DNA from: a virus
Taxonomy: Duplodnaviria; Caudoviricetes
Reading direction: 5' to 3' (one strand)
DNA: 64,000 bases
IMG/VR virus record: IMGVR_UViG_3300027749_000080
Location: 1 to 64,000 of that record
The notes beneath the pieces are model-generated. The model saw only the letters and a program-made list of their open reading frames with translations, did no database searches and was not told the DNA's origin. Below, one piece after another: positions 38,706-47,898 of this stretch (the stretch's first letter is position 1; every line of letters starts with the position of its first letter). The translations under genes were made by a program, and so were the position numbers.

Positions 38706-40427
38706 ATGGCAACAAAAATTTTCAAAAAATTGAACGACGCTTCAATTAAGGAAACTTGGACCCCAGTTTTAGAAGGTTATGGTGCAAACGTTACAGCTCG
38801 CCCTTGGTTAGTTGACTACGCTCACAATCATGCTATCTTCGATAACGCAGGTTCAATTAATGAATCAAACTCAGGAGTAGCTCCAGGTTTATTCTTACAA
38901 CAACCTGGTTCTATCAGTTCTATTGGTGCAATTAGTTCTCCAACGAGTTCTATGACTCCATTCACTGGTGGTGCTAAAAACGGTTACGGTGCTTCTGTAT
39001 CTGGTTCTGGTGATAAATTCCCAAGCCTTTTACCAGTTGCAATCCAAGTAGCTGCTAAAACTATTGGTTTCGACCTAGTTGGTGTAGTTCCTATGGATTC
39101 TCCAGTAGGTTTCCTACCTTACTTGGATTATGTATACCAAGGTGGTAACATCGACAAGCAATACGAACCATATTTGATCAAGATCACTGGTGCATTGGAA
39201 AATGCTGCAGGTTCTACAGTAAATGGTATCGCAAATGGTTCTAAATTCACAGTAGCAACTCTTCCATTCGCTGAAGGTTCTAACTACGGTGTTAACGAAA
39301 GCAACACTGACCTAGTTCTACAATTCGTTGGTAAATCACGTGTTGATGGTTCTCCAATCTTCAAAGTTATCCTATCTCATGATGGTGGTACTCTTGCTGA
39401 TTACTTTGCAGCTGACGTTGATATTCAACCAGCAAATGCAACTGACGTTTCAGGTACTGCGGTAGTAACTTTCCGTACAGCTGATAACAAAGTTGAATTA
39501 GTTTCTGCTTTAGAAAACCATATTTCTGGTTTTACTTCAGTATCTGACGCTGATTACGCTACATCTGATTTCAATGGTCCTTACATGGGATCTACTGGAT
39601 CTCAAATGGAAGGTATGGCTCGTCAAACAGCTGAATCTTCTAAATTCCGTCAAATGGGTCTTCGTATGTTCACTAAGTTCATCGAAGCAAAAGGAGATCA
39701 AGTTTCTATTTCAGCAACTGTTGAACAAATCCAAGATCTTAACCGAGTTTGGAACTTTGACGTAATCTCTATGTTAGAGAACGTAGCAGTTAACGAATTA
39801 GCTCAATCAATCAACAAAAAGTTAGTTGACCGTGTTCTTAATTTAGGATCAGTTCATGCTACTGCTGTTGAAGGTGTTGAAGGTGCAGGTATCACTACTT
39901 TGGACCTAACTGTTGGAACAACTGGATTTGAGAACATCTCAACTCTACAACGTCGTGTTGTAACTAAAATTCTTGAAATGGCTAACTTGATTTATCATAG
40001 AGGTCGTTTCGGTGCAGGTACATACATCGTTACTAACGGTCGTGTTGCTTCTGCTTTAGCAGATGTAGCTGGTTACTCTTTCGCTCCATTCAATAATGAT
40101 CTTCCATCTACTGCTGGTCAATTGTACCCTGCAGGTAAAGTACATGGTTTAACCATCTACGTTGATCCTAACTTGAAATTCAGCGATAACCGTATCCATA
40201 TCGGTCGTAAAGGCGCTGATGAAGAGCCAGGTGTTAAATTCCTTCCATATATCATGGCAGAGAGTCTTCAAACAATTGCAGAGGGAACTTTCTCTCCGAA
40301 AATTGGTATGAAATCTCGTTATGCTATTACCGAAGCTGGATGGCACCCAGAAACTCAATACATTACTTTGGCTGTAACAGGTCTAGGAGTATTGACTGGT
40401 TCAACTCGCCCTGCTTCTTCTTACTAA
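38706..40427 (+). CDS. gp23: major capsid protein, gp23-like
   Basis: W.PVLE N-terminus, DLVGVVPM.SP.G, EQIQDL, ELAQSIN, YIVTNGRVASAL, PYIM, FSPKIGMKSRYA; strong codon bias (ttc/aac/ggt). Confidence 0.93.
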   Translation: MATKIFKKLNDASIKETWTPVLEGYGANVTARPWLVDYAHNHAIFDNAGSINESNSGVAPGLFLQQPGSISSIGAISSPTSSMTPFTGGAKNGYGASVSGSGDKFPSLLPVAIQVAAKTIGFDLVGVVPMDSPVGFLPYLDYVYQGGNIDKQYEPYLIKITGALENAAGSTVNGIANGSKFTVATLPFAEGSNYGVNESNTDLVLQFVGKSRVDGSPIFKVILSHDGGTLADYFAADVDIQPANATDVSGTAVVTFRTADNKVELVSALENHISGFTSVSDADYATSDFNGPYMGSTGSQMEGMARQTAESSKFRQMGLRMFTKFIEAKGDQVSISATVEQIQDLNRVWNFDVISMLENVAVNELAQSINKKLVDRVLNLGSVHATAVEGVEGAGITTLDLTVGTTGFENISTLQRRVVTKILEMANLIYHRGRFGAGTYIVTNGRVASALADVAGYSFAPFNNDLPSTAGQLYPAGKVHGLTIYVDPNLKFSDNRIHIGRKGADEEPGVKFLPYIMAESLQTIAEGTFSPKIGMKSRYAITEAGWHPETQYITLAVTGLGVLTGSTRPASSY

Positions 40428-40453
40428 TCATAAGAATTAATAAGCTTAATACG

Positions 40454-40482
40454 AAAAAGGCTCCTCACAAGGGAGCCTTTTT
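40454..40482 (+). terminator. rho-independent terminator after capsid gene
   Basis: AAAAAGGCTCCT-CACAA-GGGAGCCTTTTT. Confidence 0.88.
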
Positions 40483-40545
40483 CTTTTTTAAGGACGGGTC
40501 GCTAATAAATAACATTCTAAAGTACTTAAAAAATAATACAAACAA

Positions 40546-40911
40546 ATGAGCAATTCTGTTTTAAACTACTCACAATTTCTTTTAGAAAAGAAAGCAATCA
40601 ACCAAGAAATGGCTGAATTACCTAAAGGTAAAGATTCAAAATCTAACACTACTGTAAAACCAGCAATGTCTGAACTTCCAAAAGGTAAAGGTAAAGGTAT
40701 TAGCAAATCAGTAAAACCTGAAATGGCTACTCTTCCTAAAGGAAAAGGTAAAATGATTGGCAAATCAGTAGATACGAAAGTTTCTAAATTACCTACAACT
40801 AAAGGTTCTTCACCTAAAAAATCAGTAGACTCTAAAATGTCTAAATTGGTAATTAAAGGTAAAGCTATCAGTAAGAAAGTTGAGCCTAATATGGCTAAAA
40901 TGCCTAAGTAA
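40546..40911 (+). CDS. Lys-rich repeat protein with N-terminal tag (putative internal DNA-binding protein)
   Basis: VLNYSQFLLEKK then about five 19-aa repeats M..LPKGKGK.ISKSVKP; late promoter at 40505-40512. Confidence 0.8.
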   Translation: MSNSVLNYSQFLLEKKAINQEMAELPKGKDSKSNTTVKPAMSELPKGKGKGISKSVKPEMATLPKGKGKMIGKSVDTKVSKLPTTKGSSPKKSVDSKMSKLVIKGKAISKKVEPNMAKMPK

Positions 40912-40930
40912 TTAAAAAACCCATTCTGAA

Positions 40931-41236
40931 ATGTCAGATCAAAGAAAACATAAGGTCACGTCCTTTCAGTCGTTCGTTATTCAAGAAAATTCAATCAAGG
41001 ATTTAGTTGGAAAAACTGATGATGAGCAATTGGACTTAGATGATGCTCGTAGTATCGGAAAGAAGATTTCCAAAATGAAAGGTGAAGATCGTAAGAAATA
41101 CGTTGGGATTGTTAATTTCATGGGAGCGTCTTGTAGAATTTACAATGAGATTTGGGCTAACTATAAACCAGTTGATCCATCAACCAAAAAATCAAACCGT
41201 GGAAAAGAATTCCAAGGTGAAAAAGAAGTAGGTTAA
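40931..41236 (+). CDS. tagged late protein
   Basis: VTSFQSFVIQEN. Confidence 0.7.
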   Translation: MSDQRKHKVTSFQSFVIQENSIKDLVGKTDDEQLDLDDARSIGKKISKMKGEDRKKYVGIVNFMGASCRIYNEIWANYKPVDPSTKKSNRGKEFQGEKEVG

Positions 41237-41239
41237 TAA

Positions 41240-42256
41240 TTGAGCGCACAAGGAGTAATAGCTGAATCAGTAGCAAGTTTTAAAATAACTTGGGATAATC
41301 CAGGCAATGGTCAACAACCAAAGTGGGATCAAACCAAACAGTCAATTGAGTTACATCAAACTGACGTTTATCCTGATTTACAATATGTGTCAGCATTTGC
41401 AGCTCCAATCTATACCAAATATACGTCTGGATCACTTCTAAACGACTTAATAGTTGAGATTAATAAAGTTATTGACTCTAAATTAACTAGTAAGTCTGAT
41501 GATAAAAAAGAAAAAGTTGACGAGTTATATCTTAATGCTGGACCGGCTGCCTCTAAACAACTAGGAGCTGGACCATCTGCCCCTAAACAGTTAGGAGCTG
41601 GGTCAAAAGAAGAGGACCTGGTTAAAGCAGATGATGAGAAGCCGGCTGAGATTATTGATACTAATAAGGAAACTAATAATGAACCTAAGGTGACTACAAA
41701 TGATCAGGAACTTGTTACTACAACTACTACCATTGCACCACAAAAAACAGAGTCATCTGCTTATACAGTTACAGTGTACGGAGATAACCTAAGATTTTTA
41801 GAAGGTCAAGAAGGTCGCGGAGCTTATTCGTCAGGAATTAAGTTTTTATATAAGGTTTCAAATAACCTAACTAAACAAGTAGCTGGCGAACAAATTGATA
41901 ACCGAACAAAGATTTGGGCAGAAGTAACTTCTTCTGGCTTATTATCAAAAACAACTCGTCTTGAATTTGCAGAGTTTGATGAAATTGAATTTAAGTTTGG
42001 AGGTAATTTACTTGCTCAGATACTACCTTCAATTGAACTAAGTTTTACACCAGATCCAAATTCAGTTTACTCAAAAGAAAAACCTGAACTTGATATCGCT
42101 GACGTTATTAAGGCAACTAATATTACATTAGGCACTAAAACAACCTCTGAGATTAAGTCTTTACAGAAACAAATACAAAAAGAAATCGACTCACGTGAAC
42201 CTGTTGAAAAACAAAAGCAACCTGGTAAACAAAGTGCTTCGGTTGATAATAAATAA
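41240..42256 (+). CDS. hypothetical late protein
   Basis: TTG start; short repeat AGPAASKQLG/AGPSAPKQLG. Confidence 0.7.
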   Translation: MSAQGVIAESVASFKITWDNPGNGQQPKWDQTKQSIELHQTDVYPDLQYVSAFAAPIYTKYTSGSLLNDLIVEINKVIDSKLTSKSDDKKEKVDELYLNAGPAASKQLGAGPSAPKQLGAGSKEEDLVKADDEKPAEIIDTNKETNNEPKVTTNDQELVTTTTTIAPQKTESSAYTVTVYGDNLRFLEGQEGRGAYSSGIKFLYKVSNNLTKQVAGEQIDNRTKIWAEVTSSGLLSKTTRLEFAEFDEIEFKFGGNLLAQILPSIELSFTPDPNSVYSKEKPELDIADVIKATNITLGTKTTSEIKSLQKQIQKEIDSREPVEKQKQPGKQSASVDNK

Positions 42257-42276
42257 CTAAAAAAATACGAGATAAA

Positions 42277-42864
42277 ATGGCAGGTCTACCACATTTTAAA
42301 AATTCAGCAGCTGGTCCAGGTAAATATGAACCCCTGTACCTTAATCAATTTGAGGTGATTATTACTCCGCCACCATTGGTATCAGGTAAAATTGGATTTG
42401 GAAATAATTTAATGCTTGAGCACGTGCTTAAAGTAACAAGTTTACCAGAATATTCAGGATCAGGTTCAGCAGTAGTTACACAAAACTATAAATTCTCTCA
42501 AAGAGCCTATGCTCCAGCTAAGCCTACTCAAACTTATCATCAATTTAATATTGAGTTTGAGGTTAACTTAAATAACAATAATGATATGTATATTTACAAT
42601 GCTCTTAGATCATGGGGAGATTTAATATATGATCCATTAACTGGTCGTCAAGGCCTAAAGGCTGATTACGCAGCTGCAACTATTCAAGTAACAATGTTTA
42701 ATAGAAGCGGTGTAATTTATAGAGATTTTGTATTTGGCCCAGTATTTCTTGGTCCAACTAAAATGACTGAAACTGTTCTTGACTATACAGCAGATAATTC
42801 AATTTATAAGTTAACTGCTCAATTTACAGCAGACACTTACAAAGAAACCCGAATTGGTCAATAA
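42277..42864 (+). CDS. gp19: tail tube protein, gp19-like
   Basis: NQFEVII..P, IYNALRSW.DLIYDPLTG.QG, YAAATIQVTMFNRSG, LDY...LTAQF.AD; late promoter at 42249-42256. Confidence 0.75.
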   Translation: MAGLPHFKNSAAGPGKYEPLYLNQFEVIITPPPLVSGKIGFGNNLMLEHVLKVTSLPEYSGSGSAVVTQNYKFSQRAYAPAKPTQTYHQFNIEFEVNLNNNNDMYIYNALRSWGDLIYDPLTGRQGLKADYAAATIQVTMFNRSGVIYRDFVFGPVFLGPTKMTETVLDYTADNSIYKLTAQFTADTYKETRIGQ

Positions 42865-42882
42865 AATAACAGTTATTATACG

Positions 42883-43530
42883 ATGGACATATTTAATGTA
42901 AAACGCCGAGACAATCCTTCAATGGATAATTATATGGACCTAAAGAAACCAGGTTTCGGTGGTCCAAATTCAAAGGAAGACTTTGATAAATCAAAAAGAA
43001 AATCGCTTGAAGGATACCAACGAGTAGTTGACAGAAATGCCGATTTTGAAGGTGGAAATTTCAATCATAATTATGATCCAACGTGGAAAGCAGTAACCCG
43101 CGACCTAATTTCAAGAACTGCAAAGAAAAAACCATTTAATCCAATGTACGCAAAACAAACAATTGCAACAGTTAATGCTGTTGAAGAAGGTACTATCAAA
43201 CGCTTTGAACAATTCGTTAATGAAAACGAAGGTTTTAATATGTTTGCTGAAGCTGAAGACGAAACTCCAGAAATGGAAGAAACTACTCCAGAAATGGAAG
43301 AAGTTGAAGTAGATCAAGAACAAGTAGAAATGCTAATGGCAGACTTCGGAGATGATCTTGAAGAAATGATTGATGAAATCGCTGAAAAAATGGAACTTGA
43401 AAAAGAAGAAGTTTGCGATATTCTATGTGCAGCTATTAAAAAGATGTGCGCTCCTGCTGAAGAAGAGGAAGAAGAAGAAGAAAATCCAGAAGGTGAAGAA
43501 CCTACTGAAGAAGAAGAAACCGAAGAATAA
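42883..43530 (+). CDS. very acidic late protein with internal tag (prohead core-like)
   Basis: IKRFEQFVNENE followed by a Glu-rich C-terminal half. Confidence 0.75.
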   Translation: MDIFNVKRRDNPSMDNYMDLKKPGFGGPNSKEDFDKSKRKSLEGYQRVVDRNADFEGGNFNHNYDPTWKAVTRDLISRTAKKKPFNPMYAKQTIATVNAVEEGTIKRFEQFVNENEGFNMFAEAEDETPEMEETTPEMEEVEVDQEQVEMLMADFGDDLEEMIDEIAEKMELEKEEVCDILCAAIKKMCAPAEEEEEEEENPEGEEPTEEEETEE

Positions 43531-43533
43531 TTA

Positions 43534-43887
43534 ATGAAGCTGATTAAATTATTTGAACAATGGGTTTCTGAAGAAGACTCTAATGTAGATTCTCCTAAAG
43601 TTGAGGATATTGAAAATCCTGTTGAGTCATATACTCTTATGTTATCAACTAATGAATTTGGAGATTTTGAAGTTACTGCAATTATTGATCCAGACTTTAC
43701 AACTGACTCAACTAAAGCGTTTAAGGTAATTAGTTCAAATAATTCAAATATTGAATTAGGATCAACCATTATGGTTTCATCAACGGTTGACAAGAATTAT
43801 GATTCTGATATTGTTATAATAAATGACAAAAATAAACCAGAAGAGTCATTAATTTATTCAGGAAAAATTAAAATTGACAAATCCTAA
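43534..43887 (+). CDS. tagged late protein
   Basis: MKLIKLFEQWVSEE. Confidence 0.7.
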   Translation: MKLIKLFEQWVSEEDSNVDSPKVEDIENPVESYTLMLSTNEFGDFEVTAIIDPDFTTDSTKAFKVISSNNSNIELGSTIMVSSTVDKNYDSDIVIINDKNKPEESLIYSGKIKIDKS

Positions 43888-43909
43888 ATTTTAAAAGTAA
43901 TTAAACTAG

Positions 43910-43935
43910 AAAGGGGCTTTATTGCCCCTTTTTTA
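43910..43935. terminator. terminator at convergent junction
   Basis: AAAGGGGC-TTTATT-GCCCCTTT plus T run. Confidence 0.8.
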
Positions 43936-44320
43936 TTGTATCTACACCGGTTAGTTCCCCAATCTCTAGTTCCGAATCAATTAAGTGTGGAACAAAATCA
44001 ATTGTTGTGTATGCAGTATTTAAGAATTTAACAGTATTGTTAATATTACTTGCACTTAGTCCAGCATTAACATAAATTATTCGATTGTATTTTCGGTTTC
44101 TTACGTTAATTGCTTTATCAATTAATTTCTTAATTTCATAATTAATTAAGAATGATTGTATTTTATTAGGAACTAAAATGTCCTGATCAAATTTTTCTTT
44201 AATGATTTTATTTACATTTAGTAAATAATCGCATTTTTGCTTTTTAGTAAAAATTTGAATGAATTGTTTTTGATCCTTTACGAAAATTATTTCGAGAGTA
44301 CGATCTACTGAATCTATCAT
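43919..44320 (-). CDS. hypothetical protein
   Basis: 133 aa; ATGA overlap with the deaminase gene. Confidence 0.7.
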   Translation of the reverse strand: MIDSVDRTLEIIFVKDQKQFIQIFTKKQKCDYLLNVNKIIKEKFDQDILVPNKIQSFLINYEIKKLIDKAINVRNRKYNRIIYVNAGLSASNINNTVKFLNTAYTTIDFVPHLIDSELEIGELTGVDTIKKGQ

Positions 44321-44772
44321 ATTGAATCATGGTCGATTTTTTTAACCTCAATTCCAGCACGACGTAAAAAATCTAATCCGTTTATATCTCGGTATTCTTC
44401 AAGATATACAACTCGTTTAATACCAGATTGTAGAATTAATTTGCTACAGTCAGTACATGGGGAATAAGTAATATATAAGGTTGCACCATCACTACTTTGG
44501 GTAGATTTAGCGACTTTTGCTAATGCGTTGGATTCGGCATGCAAAACATACCATTTAGTTTTATATTCTTTAAAAGAACCATCGTTATTATGAATAGCCT
44601 CTTCACATTCATTTTCAAAACCAGACGGAGTTCCATTAAATCCATCAGCAATGATTGTGTTATTTTTTACAATTAATGCACCAACTTTTTTTCTAGTTGC
44701 ATAAGATAGCTCTGCCCAAACTTGGGCCATTTTAATGTAGGCTATATCTATTTTATGTTGCTTTTGAGACAT
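44317..44772 (-). CDS. dCMP deaminase (ComEB-like)
   Basis: KVGALIVK, GFNGTPSG, HAESNA, SPCTDC. Confidence 0.92.
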   Translation of the reverse strand: MSQKQHKIDIAYIKMAQVWAELSYATRKKVGALIVKNNTIIADGFNGTPSGFENECEEAIHNNDGSFKEYKTKWYVLHAESNALAKVAKSTQSSDGATLYITYSPCTDCSKLILQSGIKRVVYLEEYRDINGLDFLRRAGIEVKKIDHDSI

Positions 44773-44774
44773 TT

Positions 44775-45659
44775 TTATTTAGCTTGAAAAGTTTTATCAT
44801 ATATCCATTTAAAAATATCTTCTCCATCTTGGAATAGGATAATATCATTGGAATCTGAGGTAATTGAATTAAATAGGGTTTTAAAATCTGATGTTTGGCT
44901 GCCATCTATTTCAATTAAATCTGATACAATTGGAGGTAGTGTTATTGAGGTAAATGGTTCAGCTAACATTCTTGAAGCAAGGTCATAATGTCTATCATAG
45001 ACGTGATATGAATTTGCAACATGAGTGTAGGTTCCTAATTCAAGATCTGGATAAAAATGTTTTAGATGAGATAGGATTTGCATTTGTAATGAACAAAAGA
45101 AGGCTACATCGGTTGCTGTACCCCATATTGCATCATTACTTCTCATAAATACGCTCATGTATAACTTGTTTTGTCTGATATGTAAATTTGCATACATTGT
45201 ACAAACAAAATCTTTATTTGAAGAGTATTGGTGTTTTGGTTTATTAAAGTGCAATACTGCCTGTCTGGTATTTTGATCAGTTGCTAAGCTTTGAATTGCC
45301 CATTGATATTGACTAATTGCATGCTCATTCTTTTCAGTAAATATGAGGTTTCCATATGCGGAATTGACAGTTCCATCAATATTTTGAATTTCTTCCCAGA
45401 ATTTTGCCCATTTTGAAATAAAGGCTGCATCACTACGACCTGCATAATACCATAAAAACTCAGCAGCAATATACTTCTGCTGAGAACCCCTAACTGAATT
45501 TTCATAAAGACATTGAGTTGGGTCTTCAATAACTAGCGCAACATTTAATAATTCTTTACTAGTAGTGCCTCGTGCATTATTAACAACTCCATAATTTAAT
45601 AAAAACTTAATAGAATCATGATATGCATCAGCAAATGTTAAACCTTTAAATAGTATCAT
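44775..45659 (-). CDS. thymidylate-synthase-fold enzyme, likely dCMP hydroxymethylase (T4 gp42-type)
   Basis: GTVNSAYG, DFVCT (catalytic Cys), MRSNDAIWG...D (Asp at the substrate-specificity position), SYHVYDRH. Confidence 0.7.
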   Translation of the reverse strand: MILFKGLTFADAYHDSIKFLLNYGVVNNARGTTSKELLNVALVIEDPTQCLYENSVRGSQQKYIAAEFLWYYAGRSDAAFISKWAKFWEEIQNIDGTVNSAYGNLIFTEKNEHAISQYQWAIQSLATDQNTRQAVLHFNKPKHQYSSNKDFVCTMYANLHIRQNKLYMSVFMRSNDAIWGTATDVAFFCSLQMQILSHLKHFYPDLELGTYTHVANSYHVYDRHYDLASRMLAEPFTSITLPPIVSDLIEIDGSQTSDFKTLFNSITSDSNDIILFQDGEDIFKWIYDKTFQAK

Positions 45660-45742
45660 ATAGTTTATTAATTTTAATCCAACTCACCGTTAGATCTTAT
45701 TAATATACTATGAAAATGAAAAAGGGTTAACTTAGCTATACA

Positions 45743-47404
45743 TTAAATGACAGTTAGGTCTGAGAAGTGATCAGTATTTTCAACTTGGATTTTAGTATCA
45801 AAGTATTCTTCTGGTAATGGGTCATGTGAAATTACAAATACGGTCATATTATATTTCTTTGAAAAGGTTTTAAGTAGATCAACTACTCTAAATATTGAGT
45901 CAACGTCTAATGATGAAAAAACTTCATCTAAGAAAAGAAGATTTACCTTATTATGCTTTAATTTAATTAATTCAAGAATGCATAGCAACACAATTAAATT
46001 CATTTTCTTTTGCTCTCCAGAAGATAATGAGTCTGGCGAAACTTGCATACCTAAATGGGTAATGATTGGATTAAATTCTAAATCAAACTCAAATGCAAAT
46101 TTGAATTCAAGAACCTTGGCTGTTTTTAAGATCTTTTTATTTAATAATGGAATAATTTGACTCATTAGCATACGCTTCATACCATTATCAGATAGAATCA
46201 TTTCCATTTCTTGAGAAACTTTTAATTTTTCAGTTTGACCAGCCAGGCTAGTACCAGCAGTACTTAGTTCAGTCTCAATATTTTTTATTACTTCAACTAG
46301 ATGTTTATCTGATGTTTGTTTTCCTTGTTGAGATAACTGCTGAATTTCTCTTTTTACCGTAGAGACTTGAGCATCAATTTTATAGAATTTGTCCTTTGCT
46401 TTATTTTGGTCTGCTTCTATTAATGAAAAACCTGATTCATTACTCTTAATCGTTTGAGAAATAGTTGGAATAGAGGACTCTTGTGACTCTTTTAATTTTA
46501 ATAATTTATCCTTAATTTGACTATGAATTTCATCAGTTAAGTCAGATAAACAATGTGGGCATTTATTTTTATTGTAAAGATCAAGTTTCTTTTGTATTTC
46601 TGAAATATTTGCTCTAATTGTAGTTAATTCATCACGTGATGTTCTAACCATTGTTTGTATTTCTGAAAGCTTTGTTGTAAAACTGCCCGCTTCAACTCTG
46701 GCTGACTCTTTTAAATCAACTAATTTTTTCAATTCAATATTAAGCTCTTCAATTCTAGCAGTATTAGTTGCTTGAATTTCATTTTTTAAATTTTCAAGTT
46801 GATTAACTGATGACTCTAATAATCTTTGGTTACTTGCAATTGAAGATTCAAGTGGAGTAATTTCTCCTTTAACTCGTTTAGTATCTTCTTTGGATATTTT
46901 AGACATGTCATTAACAATATCTAATCCAAAAATCTTATCAATGATCTGGCGTTTATCCGCTGGGCTTAATTTAACAAAACTTTTAAAGTCATTTACTGAT
47001 AAGCTAATGGTATTTGAGAATACATTAAATGGTAATTTAGTTAATTCCTCTTCAATAAAATCGTCTACTCGTCTTTTATCTGGTAAATTATATTCAGCAC
47101 CATCAATTGAAAGCTTTGAGAAATTAGGCTCAAGACCACGTTCTATATCAATAAGCCTACCATTGCCGGTTGTAAATTTAATTTGAGTATAGGCATTCTT
47201 ATTAATTCGGTTTGGAATTTCTTTGGTTTTACGAATTGCCGACTTTCCATAAATGGCAACAGTTAATGCATCAGAAATTGATGATTTACCACTGCCGTTT
47301 TTACCCTGAACCAAGATTAATCTAGGATCATCGGTAAATTTAAAAGTCTGTAATTTATTGCCGTATGAGCAAATATTTCTAAAGGAAAATTCGTGTATCT
47401 TCAT
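45743..47404 (-). CDS. gp46: recombination ATPase gp46 (SbcC/Rad50)
   Basis: GKNGSGKS, zinc hook CPHC, LSSGEQKK, FLDEVFSSLD, VISH. Confidence 0.92.
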   Translation of the reverse strand: MKIHEFSFRNICSYGNKLQTFKFTDDPRLILVQGKNGSGKSSISDALTVAIYGKSAIRKTKEIPNRINKNAYTQIKFTTGNGRLIDIERGLEPNFSKLSIDGAEYNLPDKRRVDDFIEEELTKLPFNVFSNTISLSVNDFKSFVKLSPADKRQIIDKIFGLDIVNDMSKISKEDTKRVKGEITPLESSIASNQRLLESSVNQLENLKNEIQATNTARIEELNIELKKLVDLKESARVEAGSFTTKLSEIQTMVRTSRDELTTIRANISEIQKKLDLYNKNKCPHCLSDLTDEIHSQIKDKLLKLKESQESSIPTISQTIKSNESGFSLIEADQNKAKDKFYKIDAQVSTVKREIQQLSQQGKQTSDKHLVEVIKNIETELSTAGTSLAGQTEKLKVSQEMEMILSDNGMKRMLMSQIIPLLNKKILKTAKVLEFKFAFEFDLEFNPIITHLGMQVSPDSLSSGEQKKMNLIVLLCILELIKLKHNKVNLLFLDEVFSSLDVDSIFRVVDLLKTFSKKYNMTVFVISHDPLPEEYFDTKIQVENTDHFSDLTVI

Positions 47405-47898
47405 TAATTTAAAAAATAGGTAAGTTCTTGATCTGGATCAATATCTTGTACTGTATAGAATTTATATAGTTTTTTCTCAGAATCATAGTCCCAATTAATA
47501 TTAGGCGAAGCTGATCTTCGATAAATTGAGCCAAATCCTAATAGAATTGCATGAGAATCTATGTGCAACATTTTATTTGGATTAATTGCATCATATACAA
47601 TTGCTTTGAATTGATCAGTTGAAATAAGCCCGCGGTCTAGTCTCTCCTGTAAATTAAGTTCGGCAAGTCTTTCAGCAATCTCTCGTTCTTTATTCATACC
47701 GTCTGAATTGACAAATAGTCGGTTGTCTAATGCTTGATCATGCCTATTAAGTAAAAGTTGAGTTTTTTGGCTTATTGGAATCCATGCGCAAAATTCAATG
47801 GTTGAATTTCTATAAATTTGGGTACTACTAAATACACCAAATTCTTTAGAATTTACCGGTTTTACATATAAACTAGATAGGATACTTGGGTTACTCAT
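47404..47898 (-). CDS. SET-domain-like protein (degenerate active site)
   Basis: FGVFSSTQI...IEFC, LGFGSIYRRS.SPN, F..VQDI.PDQELT. Confidence 0.65.
   Translation of the reverse strand: MSNPSILSSLYVKPVNSKEFGVFSSTQIYRNSTIEFCAWIPISQKTQLLLNRHDQALDNRLFVNSDGMNKEREIAERLAELNLQERLDRGLISTDQFKAIVYDAINPNKMLHIDSHAILLGFGSIYRRSASPNINWDYDSEKKLYKFYTVQDIDPDQELTYFLN

Noticed and set aside
43314-43793. 159-aa minus-strand Ser-rich ORF
   Set aside because: Antisense shadow of the Glu-rich plus-strand genes 42883 and 43534
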